This document shows, in pieces, positions 1 through 11,890 of a stretch of DNA of 64,000 nucleotides. Numbering within the stretch: the first letter of the stretch is position 1; every line of letters begins with the position of its first letter. Origin of the DNA: Azolla caroliniana. Its lineage: Eukaryota > Plantae > Polypodiophyta. Location of the stretch: positions 23,932,001 to 23,996,000 of the forward strand of contig JBHGNT010000004.1 in assembly GCA_043228905.1 (NCBI GenBank), written 5' to 3'. The position numbers and the translations under genes were made by a program. The notes beneath the pieces are model-generated. The model had not been told where the DNA came from and did not search any database. It worked only from the letters and a program-made list of their open reading frames with translations.

Positions 1-82
1 CAATAAACACAAAACCCTAAGAAGGATCTCCAACTGAACCAATCAGAAAACTTTGTTTTCTTCAATGTCAGGAAGTGCACAC

Positions 83-1659
83 CTGGTTTTTGAAGCCATT
101 GCCATAGTCTGGAGGTGTGCTTATCTCCGGTATCCTTTGGAGACAGAGTCCGTGGTTTCTTCTTGTTCTGTAGTTTTTGCGGGCTTCCATGTGGTGTTAT
201 TCTTTTTAAACCGATCATGATGGCTGGCTGTTTGGTGGGTTTGGTGGTTGCCACCAGGATGTTTTGTTGTTTACAAGAGGATGGAACATCATCTGCCAAT
301 CTGGGGTTATTAAGACCTTCACCACAGGAAGAATCGACAGCAACATCGCAAATGAGCTGCGTGCTCCTATGTCTTCTCCTCACCCTGCCTTTTCCAGTTT
401 CCAGGAAGCGTAGGACTTCGTTCCTGGAGCGGAAGCGACGTCCAGATAAAAGATCCTTGTAATACTGCTCAAATCATAGCCAGTAAAATAAATAACGAGT
501 TCAAGTCAAACTTACATTTTAGGACCAGCCACAATTTTTTGTGCCATAAATTTCCATGGGAGCCATTGATTAGAATGCCAGATTGACGACAGCATGTTTA
601 CAAGGTACAAACACAGCCTTATTTTCAAGTTACACTGATTTAAATGCCCTTGGAATATTTAATTCTCAGATTAGCCCATTCCCGTGGATCAACTAAACAA
701 ATACAAATCCATCTTTTTGGGTCTCATTTTATAAATGTCATAGGGGGACGAATCAATGCATTTTGTGCTCAGGGAACAAAGTAAACATTTGTTTTATGAG
801 GTGGTTATATTTGGGTTGCGAATCCCTGAGCTTGTTGCTGTAATTGGGGATGCAATACCCTCCAATAGTTAGGTGAAGAGATCTGACGCTAACAACTTAC
901 AAAAATCCCTGGGGGAAGGGAAGGGGAAGGGGGCAGCTGTACCTTGTCTCGAGTGCCGGCAGTGGTGCCAGTTTGCCGAATATGAAGTTCGGTTATCCAA
1001 CCATCTGGTAACCAGTCAGGAGATTCAATTTGGGTATCAGCAATGATGGGAGCTACCAGGGCAGAACATGGATTGGGCATGTGGGTTGGAGATTGAGGGG
1101 CATCAGATCTTATAGCCTGTACTGAATGGGTAGCAATGATGGCTGGAAGGGCACAAGGAGCAGGACCAGGGGGTGCATTAGCTGGATTTGCAGAACGAGG
1201 TAGAAGGAGAGGTTGTTGTCTGGGCGGCTTTTGCACATGTTCTGCGGTGGTGACAGTCGCTTCCATAGCCGGCATATTTTGCTGCCCTTTGTGTGCTACC
1301 AGCATAGTGCCCCGGAAGACCACGTCCTGCCAGTTGGATAACAATGGGGAGCCTCTGCTGCCCTGTTGCTGTTGCTGCTGCAGCCAAAACCCATCTGTAA
1401 CCATCGGGCTCAGAAACGGCGCAGTTTCTTCTAGCTGTTGCTGCTGCAGCAGCTGCTGAGCCTGTTGTGAATGGTGTTGGTAATGATGGAGGGTAGAGTG
1501 GCCGTACATGCCATGGATGGGAGGCCAATTGGCCAATGGTATTGCCACAGAAGCCAGGGGTGCTTGAGTAGGGTCCCCGAAATCTTGCTGCTGGCAATTA
1601 ATGTTGAGGTCAAATGCGTGTACTCTGTTGAGATCAAAGGGGAATTTCCTGCTGTACAT
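83..1659 (-). CDS. Methyl-CpG-binding domain (MBD) protein, 3'-partial; exons 1659-943 and 464-83 (gene continues beyond window start)
   Basis: Exon 1 ends ...ESPDWLPDGWITELHIRQTGTTAGTRDK|GTACAG (donor at 942). Acceptor GAGCAG| at 465 resumes YYKDLLSGRRFRSRNEVLRFLETG, completing a plant MBD across a phase-0 intron. Probable next donor is CAG|GTGTGC at 82; no stop before the window edge. Confidence 0.88.
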
Positions 1660-2154
1660 GATGGAGTGAAGAGGGTATTGTGGAGCTCTAGCCTGGCTTG
1701 CTTCAGAAATTTAGCATAACCACCAGCAGCAGCAGCAGCAGTACGAGAGACAAGCTTCTTTGCTGAAGCCAAATTTTGGGGGAGGAGGGGGTCAAAATTG
1801 GGGCTTTCTGTAGAGGGAGGGAGAGAGATAATTCATGAGGTAAAAAGCTTCTTCTGCTGTAGCAGAGTTTGGGGGGGTTGGTTCTCAGAATTGGGTTTTC
1901 TTCATAGAAAGAGGGAGAGATGTGTATGTATGTGTGTTGTAATGACTTCTGTATCTGTTTCCTGGGAGTACTCTGCTTCCTCACTCAACCCCTGGTTTGA
2001 GGGCCCTATGGATTGGATGGATGAACATAATATTAACATAGTGGAGGAGGATTTCAGCCTGGGAATATGAGCAAGTAATTCCCCCAAATAGCCATAGGCC
2101 CATTTGTTTTGGGGGTTAGGAGAGATGCATATGCATATACATATATATATGTAC

Positions 2155-2190
<36 letters not shown>

Positions 2191-2264
2191 GCAGCAGGGC
2201 CTAAATGCCTGCCCCCTTCCCCTTCCCCTGTTCTGTTCTGTTCTGTTCTATTCTATTGTTTAAT

Positions 2265-2322
<58 letters not shown>

Positions 2323-2633
2323 TTCCTAACCCCACTCAATTCCTACTCCCTCTCTCGAACCTTTCTTTATTCACAGTTGTCCGAGCGACCGATTGCGATG
2401 GTACACCTTCCTTCCATTGGACCCACCCTCCGACGCGAGTGTACCCCCCTCCTCCCATCTCCCTTTTACCCCCCCCCCCCCCCCCCACTCTATCAAACCT
2501 CCGCTTGCCCACTTGCCCTTGATGAGATAGAGATAGAGACAGAGGTGGTCTTTTTTTACCAATCCGTCGCAAATCAATCCTCGTAGCTACTCCTTTGTTG
2601 CCCTTTGCGTATAGTGTGTGTGTGTGTGTGTGT
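2155..2633. repeat. Microsatellite cluster upstream of MBD: (ATG)12, (CT)n, poly-C, (GT)n
   Basis: Visible simple repeats at 2155-2190, ~2269-2322, ~2469-2486 and ~2614-2633. Confidence 0.9.
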
Positions 2634-4367
2634 ATGCTTCATGTGCGGATCATGGCGGCAATGGTCCATATAACTCAAACCATTACCACATATAGCCCTT
2701 TGCCTTTTTCTTAACTGGCAGTTTGTTTGTCTTTAATCACGATGTCTTAGTTAACAGAGTGGCATCGGCGTAATTAGGCAATGTATAACCCTAGGTCGAT
2801 TTATCCAAGCCCGTTGGTTGCTACCATCATGAGCTCGGCAAAACCTTGAAGTTGGTCCCAATATTCACACTTATTAAAATGAACCCATAGGATTACGCAT
2901 CAAGATGTTCCGTCTCTTGACAATTGAATTGGTATATACCTAACCTTTCATGTTGTGGCCCCTCATCAATGGAGAAGTCACCCATCATATGTTTGCTTGA
3001 GTTAGGTATCCTTTTCCATCGCCTTTTTAATTTATTTTTAACTATGAAGTGTCATTCCTTTGAGTGTTTACTTGTTCGAAAAACATTAGTGTCACCTCAC
3101 ATGGAAGGATCAATATTGTTTTTAGATAAAAGGGAAGTGATCCGGAATGAAAAAAGACATGCTACAACTCAATTGTTGTTATTGTCCTATTTGGTCAAAG
3201 TAAGAAATGAGTCTTTGTCTCATCCTCTAAACCAACTTGAGAGGCCTTTCTTCAGGGTGAATTGTTAGAAAACACAAAGCTAGCCAATTAAAGGCGACAA
3301 ATTGAGCTTCTTCACACCAAACTTATTGTATAGCCTTGGAGTTTCCTTGAAAGAACAATAAAGTAACCTAGATATAAGAAGATGCTCACAAATACTAAGC
3401 GGCCTTCTTTGTTCGTGTAGCATGGTTTATTGTCTTGGTATATGCATGTTTATCTCAAAAATGATCCCAATCAATGACAAAGGCATTTTTTATTATCAGT
3501 ACACATTCTTTTAATGCTCTCCAACACAATGCTATTCATTGCTCACAATTTTCAAGGATGAATTTTCGAGGCTATAGTTGTTGGTTTCATGTCTTATGAG
3601 TCTCTCAAAACCTTACATGTGGTCTAAATTTTGTTTGTAGTAATATGTATAATGGAAGAATGATTAAGCACTTAATTCACGACAATTAGTAAAATATAAT
3701 TAAAACATTCTAATTAGCATTGGAGTTAAGGAGGGAATTAAGGTGTAGAAGACAAAAAGTAACTAGATTCTTATTCTTATACCATTGTGGTTGAGAGATG
3801 GTTTGTAAATATTGCACTCAAATATACATGACACTTGTCAACCAACGAAAAATATTCGATCTTCCACTTAGAAATCAATGAATATTAAATGTATAGGGTA
3901 AACATTAGCAAGTAGAGAGTGCTGACTTCGACCATTTGTCTTTTTGTTTAGGTATACCTTGTAAATAGTGTATGTATTAGTAAAGTTGCATGAGAAGATT
4001 GCATATTGATATGGGCCAACTTGCTCTTTGAAGCAACCGAGAAACATTCATACATAGTGATAGCAAGATTGAAGCCTCGACTAGAAATTAGAGGAGTTGC
4101 TAATGTATCACTTCATATATCATCATTAATAATTGAAAACGAATATAGAAGCAAGATGCTTGTAGCTTTATGTAAAGGCTTGTCATTTAATGCAACCAAC
4201 CGAATGAGCTTGAAATGAATGTGGGTTCTCAAAAGAATTGCTTAGAAATTAGCCATACGTATCTCTCTCCCAAATGTAAAAACAACCCTTAGATTGGCAA
4301 GATCCGGTTCCTAGGTGTGAGCACCCAAGTAAGTGTCCATATAAGGAAGGAAGGAAGGAGCCCATGA

Positions 4368-4756
4368 GCATCCACCACCATATACACATCCAATTGTAGA
4401 TAATTCATTCATTCATTAGCATCCACCATATACACATCCAATTGTAGATAATTCATCCATTCATTAGCATCCACTATATATACACATCCAACTGCAGATC
4501 ATTCATTCATTCATTAGCATCCACCATATACATATCCAATTGTAGATAATTCATCCATTCATTAGCATATGCTATATACACATCCAATTGTAGATAATTC
4601 ATTCATTCATTAGCATCCACCATATACACATCCAATTGTAGATAATTCATTCATTCATTAGCATCCACCATATACACATCCAATTGTAGATATTTCATAC
4701 ATTCATTAACATCCACTATATACACATACAATTGTAGATAATTCATTCAATCATTC
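4368..4756. repeat. Minisatellite, ~8 copies of a 48-bp unit
   Basis: Unit CATCCACCATATACACATCCAATTGTAGATAATTCATTCATTCATTAG; the CAATTGTAGA core (or a variant) recurs at 4391, 4439, 4489, 4537, 4585, 4633, 4681 and 4729. Confidence 0.95.
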
Positions 4757-4927
4757 TCTTAAGTTGTAATGTAACATCATCATCTTCTTCTTCTGTTTTG
4801 TTTTGGTGATATAATGTTATTATATCACTTCCTTTTCTTGTGTTAAGTCTGAAGAATCCATTCCATCCCCCATATCATATCATATCATATAATAGTGTCC
4901 CTCACTGATTGTCTGCATTTTCTGTAG

Positions 4928-4949
4928 GAACCACCACAGAACTCAGGAG
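4928..4949 (+). other. Probable 22-nt upstream mini-exon of ERG28 (5' UTR or N-terminal extension)
   Basis: TTTTCTGTAG|GAACCACCACAGAACTCAGGAG|GTACGT. The intron would end at CTGAC (branch point)...TTGGCAG| at 12028, 37 nt before the ERG28 ATG. Confidence 0.55.
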
Positions 4950-4953
4950 GTAC

Positions 4954-5014
<61 letters not shown>

Positions 5015-6780
5015 GTAAATAATGGCTTTCATTACGAAAGAAAAAACACCACCATGACTAACTTACAACAAACTATAGAACCCCTTCTATCTAGGGATCT
5101 AAAGAAAACTACGACACCAAACTCAATGCCACCCTACACACCAATTCAAATGGCGAATATGATGATATGTGACCTTGCAGAGTTCTCTCTCTTCCTAGTT
5201 GAGATTTCGTGACTTCTCTAGCACAATCAATTGTCACAAAAGAAGTCCTTTTAACTTTAGAACATATTTTCTCACCCCCACTTGCGAATAAAAAATGAAG
5301 GCATTCCGCATATTCCAATTGAACCATAACTCCCAATACCTCAAGAACTCAAAAATAATTTGAGAATGAGGCATTGGTTCATTGTTCTCCATATGTGCAA
5401 AAACCCAATTGAAGGAAGATAGACGTACTCCGGTTAGAGACATCCACAATAAACTGATACACCTCCAAACCATCATTGCCATCGGGCAGGAAATAAATCG
5501 ATGCCTACTATGTTCCAATTCTACGGAACAAAAGAAACACAATCCTTTAGTAATGTTTCTTTTTTTTAATGCATCCCCCAATGGTAAAGCTCCAATCATA
5601 ACTCTCCAAACAAATACCTTGGCTCATAGCATTAATCGAGAACACTAACCTGCCTTGATCACATGAAGCCACCAAGTAATGGGCTTATGAAACCCCCCAT
5701 ATCTTTATAACCCTTTCTTCCAACCACTTATGTTTGTTAATCAATGTGTGATAAGCAACATTTGTTGAGATCATAGTCAATCTCTTATTTCCAACAAACC
5801 TCCAATCAAGCTCTTGAGATCGTCCATCTAAATAAGGAATTGGCTCATACAAAGATAGTATTTGTTGCAACTTATCCCAAATAAAGGTATAACTTTTTGG
5901 AATACGAAATGTTGATCTGATTGTTCGAAAAGCCATTAATCTTCTTTGTGACACCAACATAGCATCCTTAATTGTTACCAAACCTAATCTAGCCATCTAA
6001 TTAAATTGAAGGTTAAAATTTTGCTTACCTTCCCACTTCAACAAACTTGATGTCGCCAAAACCTCCATTCGTAATGAATTGGCACATCCCCTTTCTTATT
6101 GGGGATGCCATTCCACAAAATCTAACATACTTTTCCATGATGTCAACAAATGATCAACTATCATAGACCCTGCACATTTGACATCCCTATCAAAATTAAT
6201 TACATTCCACCAATTTGCTTCAACCTTCATGTTTCCAAGCTTTATTCCGTTCTTCTCTATAAAGTATGCCACCATTTCTGTCCAAGGTTGTACACCTTCA
6301 AACATAAATCGAATGAAAGTAAATCGGCGAGCCACCATATGCTCATATAGATTTAATATTGATGCCCCGCCAAGACACTTCAGAGTACAAACATGATCCC
6401 ATGCCAACCACGACAAGACACTTTTCCCTTTTCTTTTCCATAACAACATTCGCATCGAGCGTGTCAATATTTCAAGAGCTTTCTTTGACCATAGGAGCAA
6501 AGGAAGATAATAAGATACCATAGAGACCATAATTGATTGGACCACCTTAAGTCGTACATGAAAAGGCCAAATTTGAGACCTCCAATACATAAACTTATCC
6601 TCCAACCTTTTGGACACCCACTCAATAAGTTTCACATGAGAAACTTCCACCCCAATTGGATATCCAAGGTGACGAAAAATCATACCACGATGTACTATCC
6701 TTCCTGACCACCCCAACCCCAACACATCTTGTTCTGTACATGAAATTGCCATCACTAGCGAGGAAACCGCCGCCCTTGTT

Positions 6781-7695
6781 ATGCGTGAGGTATTTCGGCA
6801 TCATGGCCTCCTAGACAGTATCATCAGTGACCGAGGACCGCAATTTGTCTCCAAATTTTGGCAACATCTCTTCAAGATGCTTAAGGTCTCCTGCAATCTC
6901 TCCTCCGGCTACCATCCTCAGACCGACGGGCAGGCGGAACGAACAAACCAAACGCTGGAGCAATATCTTCGGTGTTTCCTGAGTTATCAACAGGACGATT
7001 GGGCCGAGATTCTCCACTTTGCGGAGTTTGCGTATAATAATGCTATTCACTCCTCGATTCGAGTCTCCCCATTTTTCGCTTATACCGGTTTCCATCCTCG
7101 TTGGTCGGTGATCGACATCCCGGAGCTACCTACCAACCCTCGTGCCGAGGATCATTTGGAGAGGCTACGCAAGATCCAGATGGATCTCTCTACTCACCTT
7201 CGTCATGCTCAACACACACAGAAGACTTATGCGGATCGTCATCGGATTCCCTCCTCTTTTGCCATCGGAGATCGAGTATGGCTCTTACGTCATCACATCA
7301 AGACTACTCGACCGTGCGACAAGTTGGATTATCGACGACTCGGTCCCTTCCGTATTACGGGTAAGATTAATGATGTCACATTCCACCTTGATCTCCCTCC
7401 GCAGCTTCAGATACATCCGGTTTTCCATTGTTCTCTTCTTGAACCTTATAAAGCAAACACCATTCCTGATCGTGTGACACCACCGCCGCCCCCGTTGGAG
7501 TTGGACGCCGGCCCGGAGTATGAAGTTGTTGCCATCCTCGATTCCAAACTTGTTCGCAACAAACTTTATTACTTGGTCGATTGGCTCGGTTATAGTCCGA
7601 GCGAATGTACTTGGGAACCCGTTGAGCATGTTGCCAATGCACAGGATACTCTTGATGATTTCCACCGAAAGTATCCGGACAAACCCGGTCTGTAA
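6781..7695 (+). CDS. Gypsy integrase C-terminal part plus chromodomain (TE-encoded, truncated)
   Basis: rve D-D35-E second half, GPY/F module and chromodomain in one open frame. Confidence 0.85.
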   Translation: MREVFRHHGLLDSIISDRGPQFVSKFWQHLFKMLKVSCNLSSGYHPQTDGQAERTNQTLEQYLRCFLSYQQDDWAEILHFAEFAYNNAIHSSIRVSPFFAYTGFHPRWSVIDIPELPTNPRAEDHLERLRKIQMDLSTHLRHAQHTQKTYADRHRIPSSFAIGDRVWLLRHHIKTTRPCDKLDYRRLGPFRITGKINDVTFHLDLPPQLQIHPVFHCSLLEPYKANTIPDRVTPPPPPLELDAGPEYEVVAILDSKLVRNKLYYLVDWLGYSPSECTWEPVEHVANAQDTLDDFHRKYPDKPGL

Positions 7696-7739
7696 TTAGC
7701 GTCGACTCGTTCCACTTGTCGTCTTTAAGGGGGGGATAG

Positions 7740-8188
7740 TGTCATGATATGGCAAGACTCGAACCCATGACCTTATGCTACATGGGTCGAGCTCTTACTA
7801 TTAGACTATGAATTGTAATTTGTAGGATATTATTTTCATTTATGCTTTATCATAGAAAATTGATGTATATTCCAGATCTCTCTAGAACATTCTAGAAGCT
7901 TCAGGATTATTCCTAAAAACACTATAAAAGGAGGCACAAGGCATTGTTTTGAACCAAATTGGTTCAACGCCAGTCTTAAGCCTCTTAGCCGATTTGTACT
8001 TATCTTTTCACATAATATAAGAGTTGTTGTCATCATCCTTCTCTCTCTCTCATTCTCGTTATCTCTCTCTCTCTCTCCTCTTCTCACTTCCTCTCTCGGG
8101 AATCTTACGCAGTCCCGTCCCCTTAGTCCTAATAATACTGCTCTTCTTTAGTACTAATTCCATCTCTGCTTTAGTACTATTCCTGACA
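7740..8188 (+). repeat. Chromovirus 3' LTR with heat-shock element (7885-7902) and TATA box (7923)
   Basis: Inverted ends TGTCA/TGACA; GAACATTCTAGAAGCTTC; TATAAAAG. Confidence 0.88.
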
Positions 8189-10373
8189 GAAATGAGGACA
8201 GATTCTCAACCCTGAAGCATTTGAAAACAATTCCCACACATCTCTTGTCTTACTAATATTTTCCCGATTAGGTGCCAAAAACATAATATGGTCATCTGCT
8301 AGAGCTTGAACAATACATGGCTTCCCTGATGGCAACCTTAGTCCAAGCAATTCTTCCTCCATAGCCATATTGTGTAACTTAACAAGAATAGGATGTGTCA
8401 CAATAGTGAATAGTAAAGGACTTATCAGGCATCCTTGTCTAACTGACCTCCGAATAGAAATCGGTTGTGTTACTCCTCCATTAAACATCACATGTGAAAC
8501 CGAACCCTCCCCTAATGTGTATATCAACTTAGACATACGATCACCAAAACCCATATGAGACATCAATTGATTTATAAACAACCAATCCGCATTATCATAG
8601 GCTTTCTCGATATCCAATTGTAGCAACACCAATTCTTGCTTCGAATCCTTTGCATAGTCAATTGCCATTTGAACATTTAAAATATTATGTAAAATGTCTC
8701 TTTTTGCTAAAAACTCATATTGAGCATTATGAATAATAGAAGGTAAAACCTTATGCAACCTATTGGCTATCACTTTTGCAAAAATCTTGTACATTCCCCC
8801 CCATCAATGAAATAGGCCTCCATTGAGCAAAGGAAGATGGAGAAGGCACCTTTGGCAAAAGTTTTATCAAACCAATATTCCAAGAATGAGGCATTTCCCC
8901 TAATGTCAACACCTTTTGAAATAAAACCGTAAAAGGTTCCTTTAACTTAATCACATATTTCTTAAAGAGTTCATTTGTTAATCCATCCCACCCAGGACTC
9001 TTATCATTAGCAAGATGTGACATGACATGTTCCACCTCATCCTCTGAAATATTAGCATCTAATGATTGTGCCGCATCATGCGATACATGATTTTTCACTC
9101 CATTAAAAAATACATCTCTATCCTTTTTAACATTATCATCGATACAAACTTGTACATCCAACAATTGTGTATAATAGTCTATGCATTTCTTCACAATTTC
9201 TTGAGGATCGGAACACGTGATACCATTTTCCTCTAACCTTACCACATTATGTCGTGCATGTGATTCATGAAGGTCATGAAAAAACTTATGTGATTGACAA
9301 TTAGAATCTTGTCCTAGACGATGTAGTCTAGTATGTTGATAATTTTTTTCCGTTAGATCATGCAGCGCAGAAATTAATACCTCTTGATATCCCAACAACT
9401 CTACATCCGTTGGCCAATAAGTTAACAATGAGTTGCATTTATCAAGCAAATTAACTAGGAGACTTAATTTCTTTCTCCTTTTAAAAGCATGGTAAATTCC
9501 ATAAAACCTAGTTAACCTCTGAACATTTGCAACAAATATTTCCCACGCTTCATACCCATCAAATTGAACATGATAGGCAAATGCATCAATCAATTGACAC
9601 ATATAGGCATGGAAGAACTCATGATCCAAAAATGATGAATTAAAAATCAACGATGGTTTTCCTAAAAACTCATGAAAAGCTCTAATTGAGTGGTGAGTGA
9701 ATTCAAAAATTAATGGGAAATGATCTGATATAATTGACCCATAAGACATTGAAATATCCAAAATCTCTGGTAAAAATCCTTCGGTATGCATTACATACAT
9801 TCGATCCAACCTGCTCCAAGTATCCTTATATTGAGCCGATTGAAAGGTATAACCAGGTACATCCCTTAACATGATTTCAGTCTCAAAATCTCCCCATTCT
9901 TGAGACTTTGGTCCATCCATAATAGAGTGGATGGATGTTGATTGATTTGTGTCACAACAAACAGTAACATCTCCCATCAATAAACCAGGTCTACCATTAT
10001 CAAGCATTGATGTCAGAAGATCTCCATAACAACTTTCGGTCTTGTGAAACATTCGATGCATACACACCAACTAACCAAAGAACTTGCCCTTCATAACATA
10101 TCTCTACCACAATAAATCTTCCAAATTCATCTGAAACAATTACTTTTGGGTGAAATTTATCTCTTATAAACATGACAATCCCAGAATAATCCCCATGAAC
10201 CTTGCCAGCATAACATAATGTATAACCCTTAGAACAACTAATTAAACCAACATTACGATGATCTTTATGCTCTATTGTACATAAAACATCCCATTGCTCA
10301 CTTAACATAATCCTCCAAACCTCATGCATTCTAAATCTAGAACACAAACCCCTCACATTCCATGTGGTGATCT

Positions 10374-11662
10374 TCATACTTTACTTTTTCCTTTTATTCG
10401 AGAAATCTCTTTCTCCTTCACTACTAATGTTTCTGCGATATCCTGAAATAAATCCCCTAAGATTGCATATGAATTACTATGAGAATGCAAAACTCCAGAC
10501 CCTGATGGCTCCTCATGTGAACGAGGCACCGATTTCCGTTTATTCCAAGGAACATACAAATTACCTTTATTATCAAAAGATAATTTCTTTGGATAGTCCT
10601 CTTGACGAGCCCATGGTTTATTCCGCATGGGATTTGTTTGTTGAATCTGTGTGCCCTTCTCCATAGATACATTATGTCCACTACATTTGTAGGCTCTTCA
10701 TGTACCACCTCCACTACATTATTTCATTTTTGAGGACACTCAGCCATAAAATGCCCCAACACACCACAATGGAAACAAGGTCTTGCAAATGTACCCCATT
10801 TAAGCCGAAAATACATAGGTGGCATACCAGAGCATGCAATCTGTAAACAACTTGGCCTCTTTATAGCAGTATTCCAAAGAATACACATCCGATATCGATT
10901 TTGAGCATTAGCACTAGGAGGCACCAAGATCTTTCCCAACTTTTCCCTCACGGGCCGTAATATTGGCCAAACCACTGAATATGTGCACTCTACCTCAACC
11001 CATACAGGACACTCTTGCTTTAATATATCTTGGTATTCCACTAGTGGCCTCCACGGAACAATATGAACCAAACTTTTTTCATAAAAAACTGACAATTTAT
11101 TTAGTAATTTCTCTTTATACTCTTGTGATACCAAAACAACCTCATAAAATCCACGAGGACCGACATAAACATCCTAAACACAATCAGCTTGTAAAATCCC
11201 ACGTAACCATTGTTTGACCCTCCAAAGGAAAGGTATCTTCCCCATGAAAAACAATATGACCCCTTTATCACAGAAATTAGCAAATGAGTCCAAAAACTCC
11301 TTATTATCAATTTCTACCTTAGCCACTTCATCATCAACAAACTCCTCAGCAACTTTCACATTCTCCCTTATACAATCTTCCATTAATATATTTGCCATGC
11401 ATCTTAAATGTTCCCAATGACTATCATCTTTCTCAATTTCATCTTGTCGCATTGCATCATCAGCATAAGACATGTCATTACTATTATCTCCAATACATCG
11501 TTTTCTTTTACCATCCCCTATTGGGCTCGAAACTGACTCAACCATGCATGCATCCTTTGCAGAATTTGGAGACTCATCCATATTCATGAAAACACTATCA
11601 TCCATATGACAAGAATTAGGAAAGAGCTCACTTACAAGTAATTGTGTTGAAGAAGGAGTCAA
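10374..11662 (-). pseudogene. LINE ORF1 (gag-like, CCHC zinc knuckle), fragmented
   Basis: ORF pieces 11174-11662, 10724-11134 and 10374-10664; PVWVE and CX2CX4HX4C motifs typical of plant L1 ORF1. Confidence 0.8.
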
Positions 11663-11755
11663 AGCAAGCGATCATGAGATGCATGCAACCGAATTGAATT
11701 TTTACTTGTAGCGTTCTACCAAGACCCCCAAATGATACGTGCAGATACTCTTTAG

Positions 11756-11890
11756 AAAGCTCTCCGCGCAAGCTTCGAAACGAGCCAAAGAACAAAGCTA
11801 GAAAGCTCTCCGCGCAAGCTTCGAAACGAGCCAAAGAACAAAGGTCGAAAGCTCTCCGCGCAAGCTTCGAAACGAGCCAAAGAACAAAGG
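11756..11890 (-). repeat. Three ~45-bp tandem monomers in the LINE 5' UTR
   Basis: GAAAGCTCTCCGCGCAAGCTTCGAAACGAGCCAAAGAACAAAG repeated three times. Confidence 0.9.

Larger units (their letters stand above)
6747..8188 (+). mobile_element. 5'-truncated Ty3/Gypsy chromovirus (Tcn1-like): integrase C-half, chromodomain, PPT, 3' LTR; 5-bp TSD GAAAT
   Basis: ORF 6781-7695 has SDRGPQF, HPQTDGQAER, GPF, HPVFH and chromodomain EYEVVAILD..YYLVDWLGY..TWEP. PPT AAGGGGGGATAG precedes LTR 7740-8188 (TGTCA...TGACA). GAAAT at 6742-6746 and 8189-8193. Confidence 0.93.
5109..10377 (-). pseudogene. LINE ORF2 (endonuclease-RT-zinc finger), frameshifted and split by a Gypsy insertion
   Basis: ORF pieces 10000-10377, 8760-10070, 8177-8794, 6096-6755, 5685-5996 and 5234-5599 carry ordered EN, RT and zinc-finger motifs. 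Confidence 0.88.

Noticed and set aside
1431-1772. 113-aa ORF overlapping the MBD start, and antisense ORFs 115-462 and 1136-1459
   Set aside because: Non-ATG start or antisense shadows of the MBD exons with no recognisable domain.
2104-2586. ORFs with poly-M, LSLS and poly-P tracts
   Set aside because: They are translations of (ATG)n, (CT)n and poly-C microsatellites.
2700-4260. Possible degenerate Gypsy/Copia pol debris (also 15000-16260, 48000-50500, 55000-56400)
   Set aside because: Only faint motif echoes; boundaries and family cannot be supported by eye.
4368-4756. CRISPR-like array
   Set aside because: Units are head-to-tail with no unique spacers, there are no cas genes, and the context is eukaryotic.
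7750-7810. Functional tRNA gene (also 19829-19900 and 58010-58065)
   Set aside because: A/B boxes are present, but the acceptor and T stems do not pair properly; treated as tRNA-derived TE sequence.
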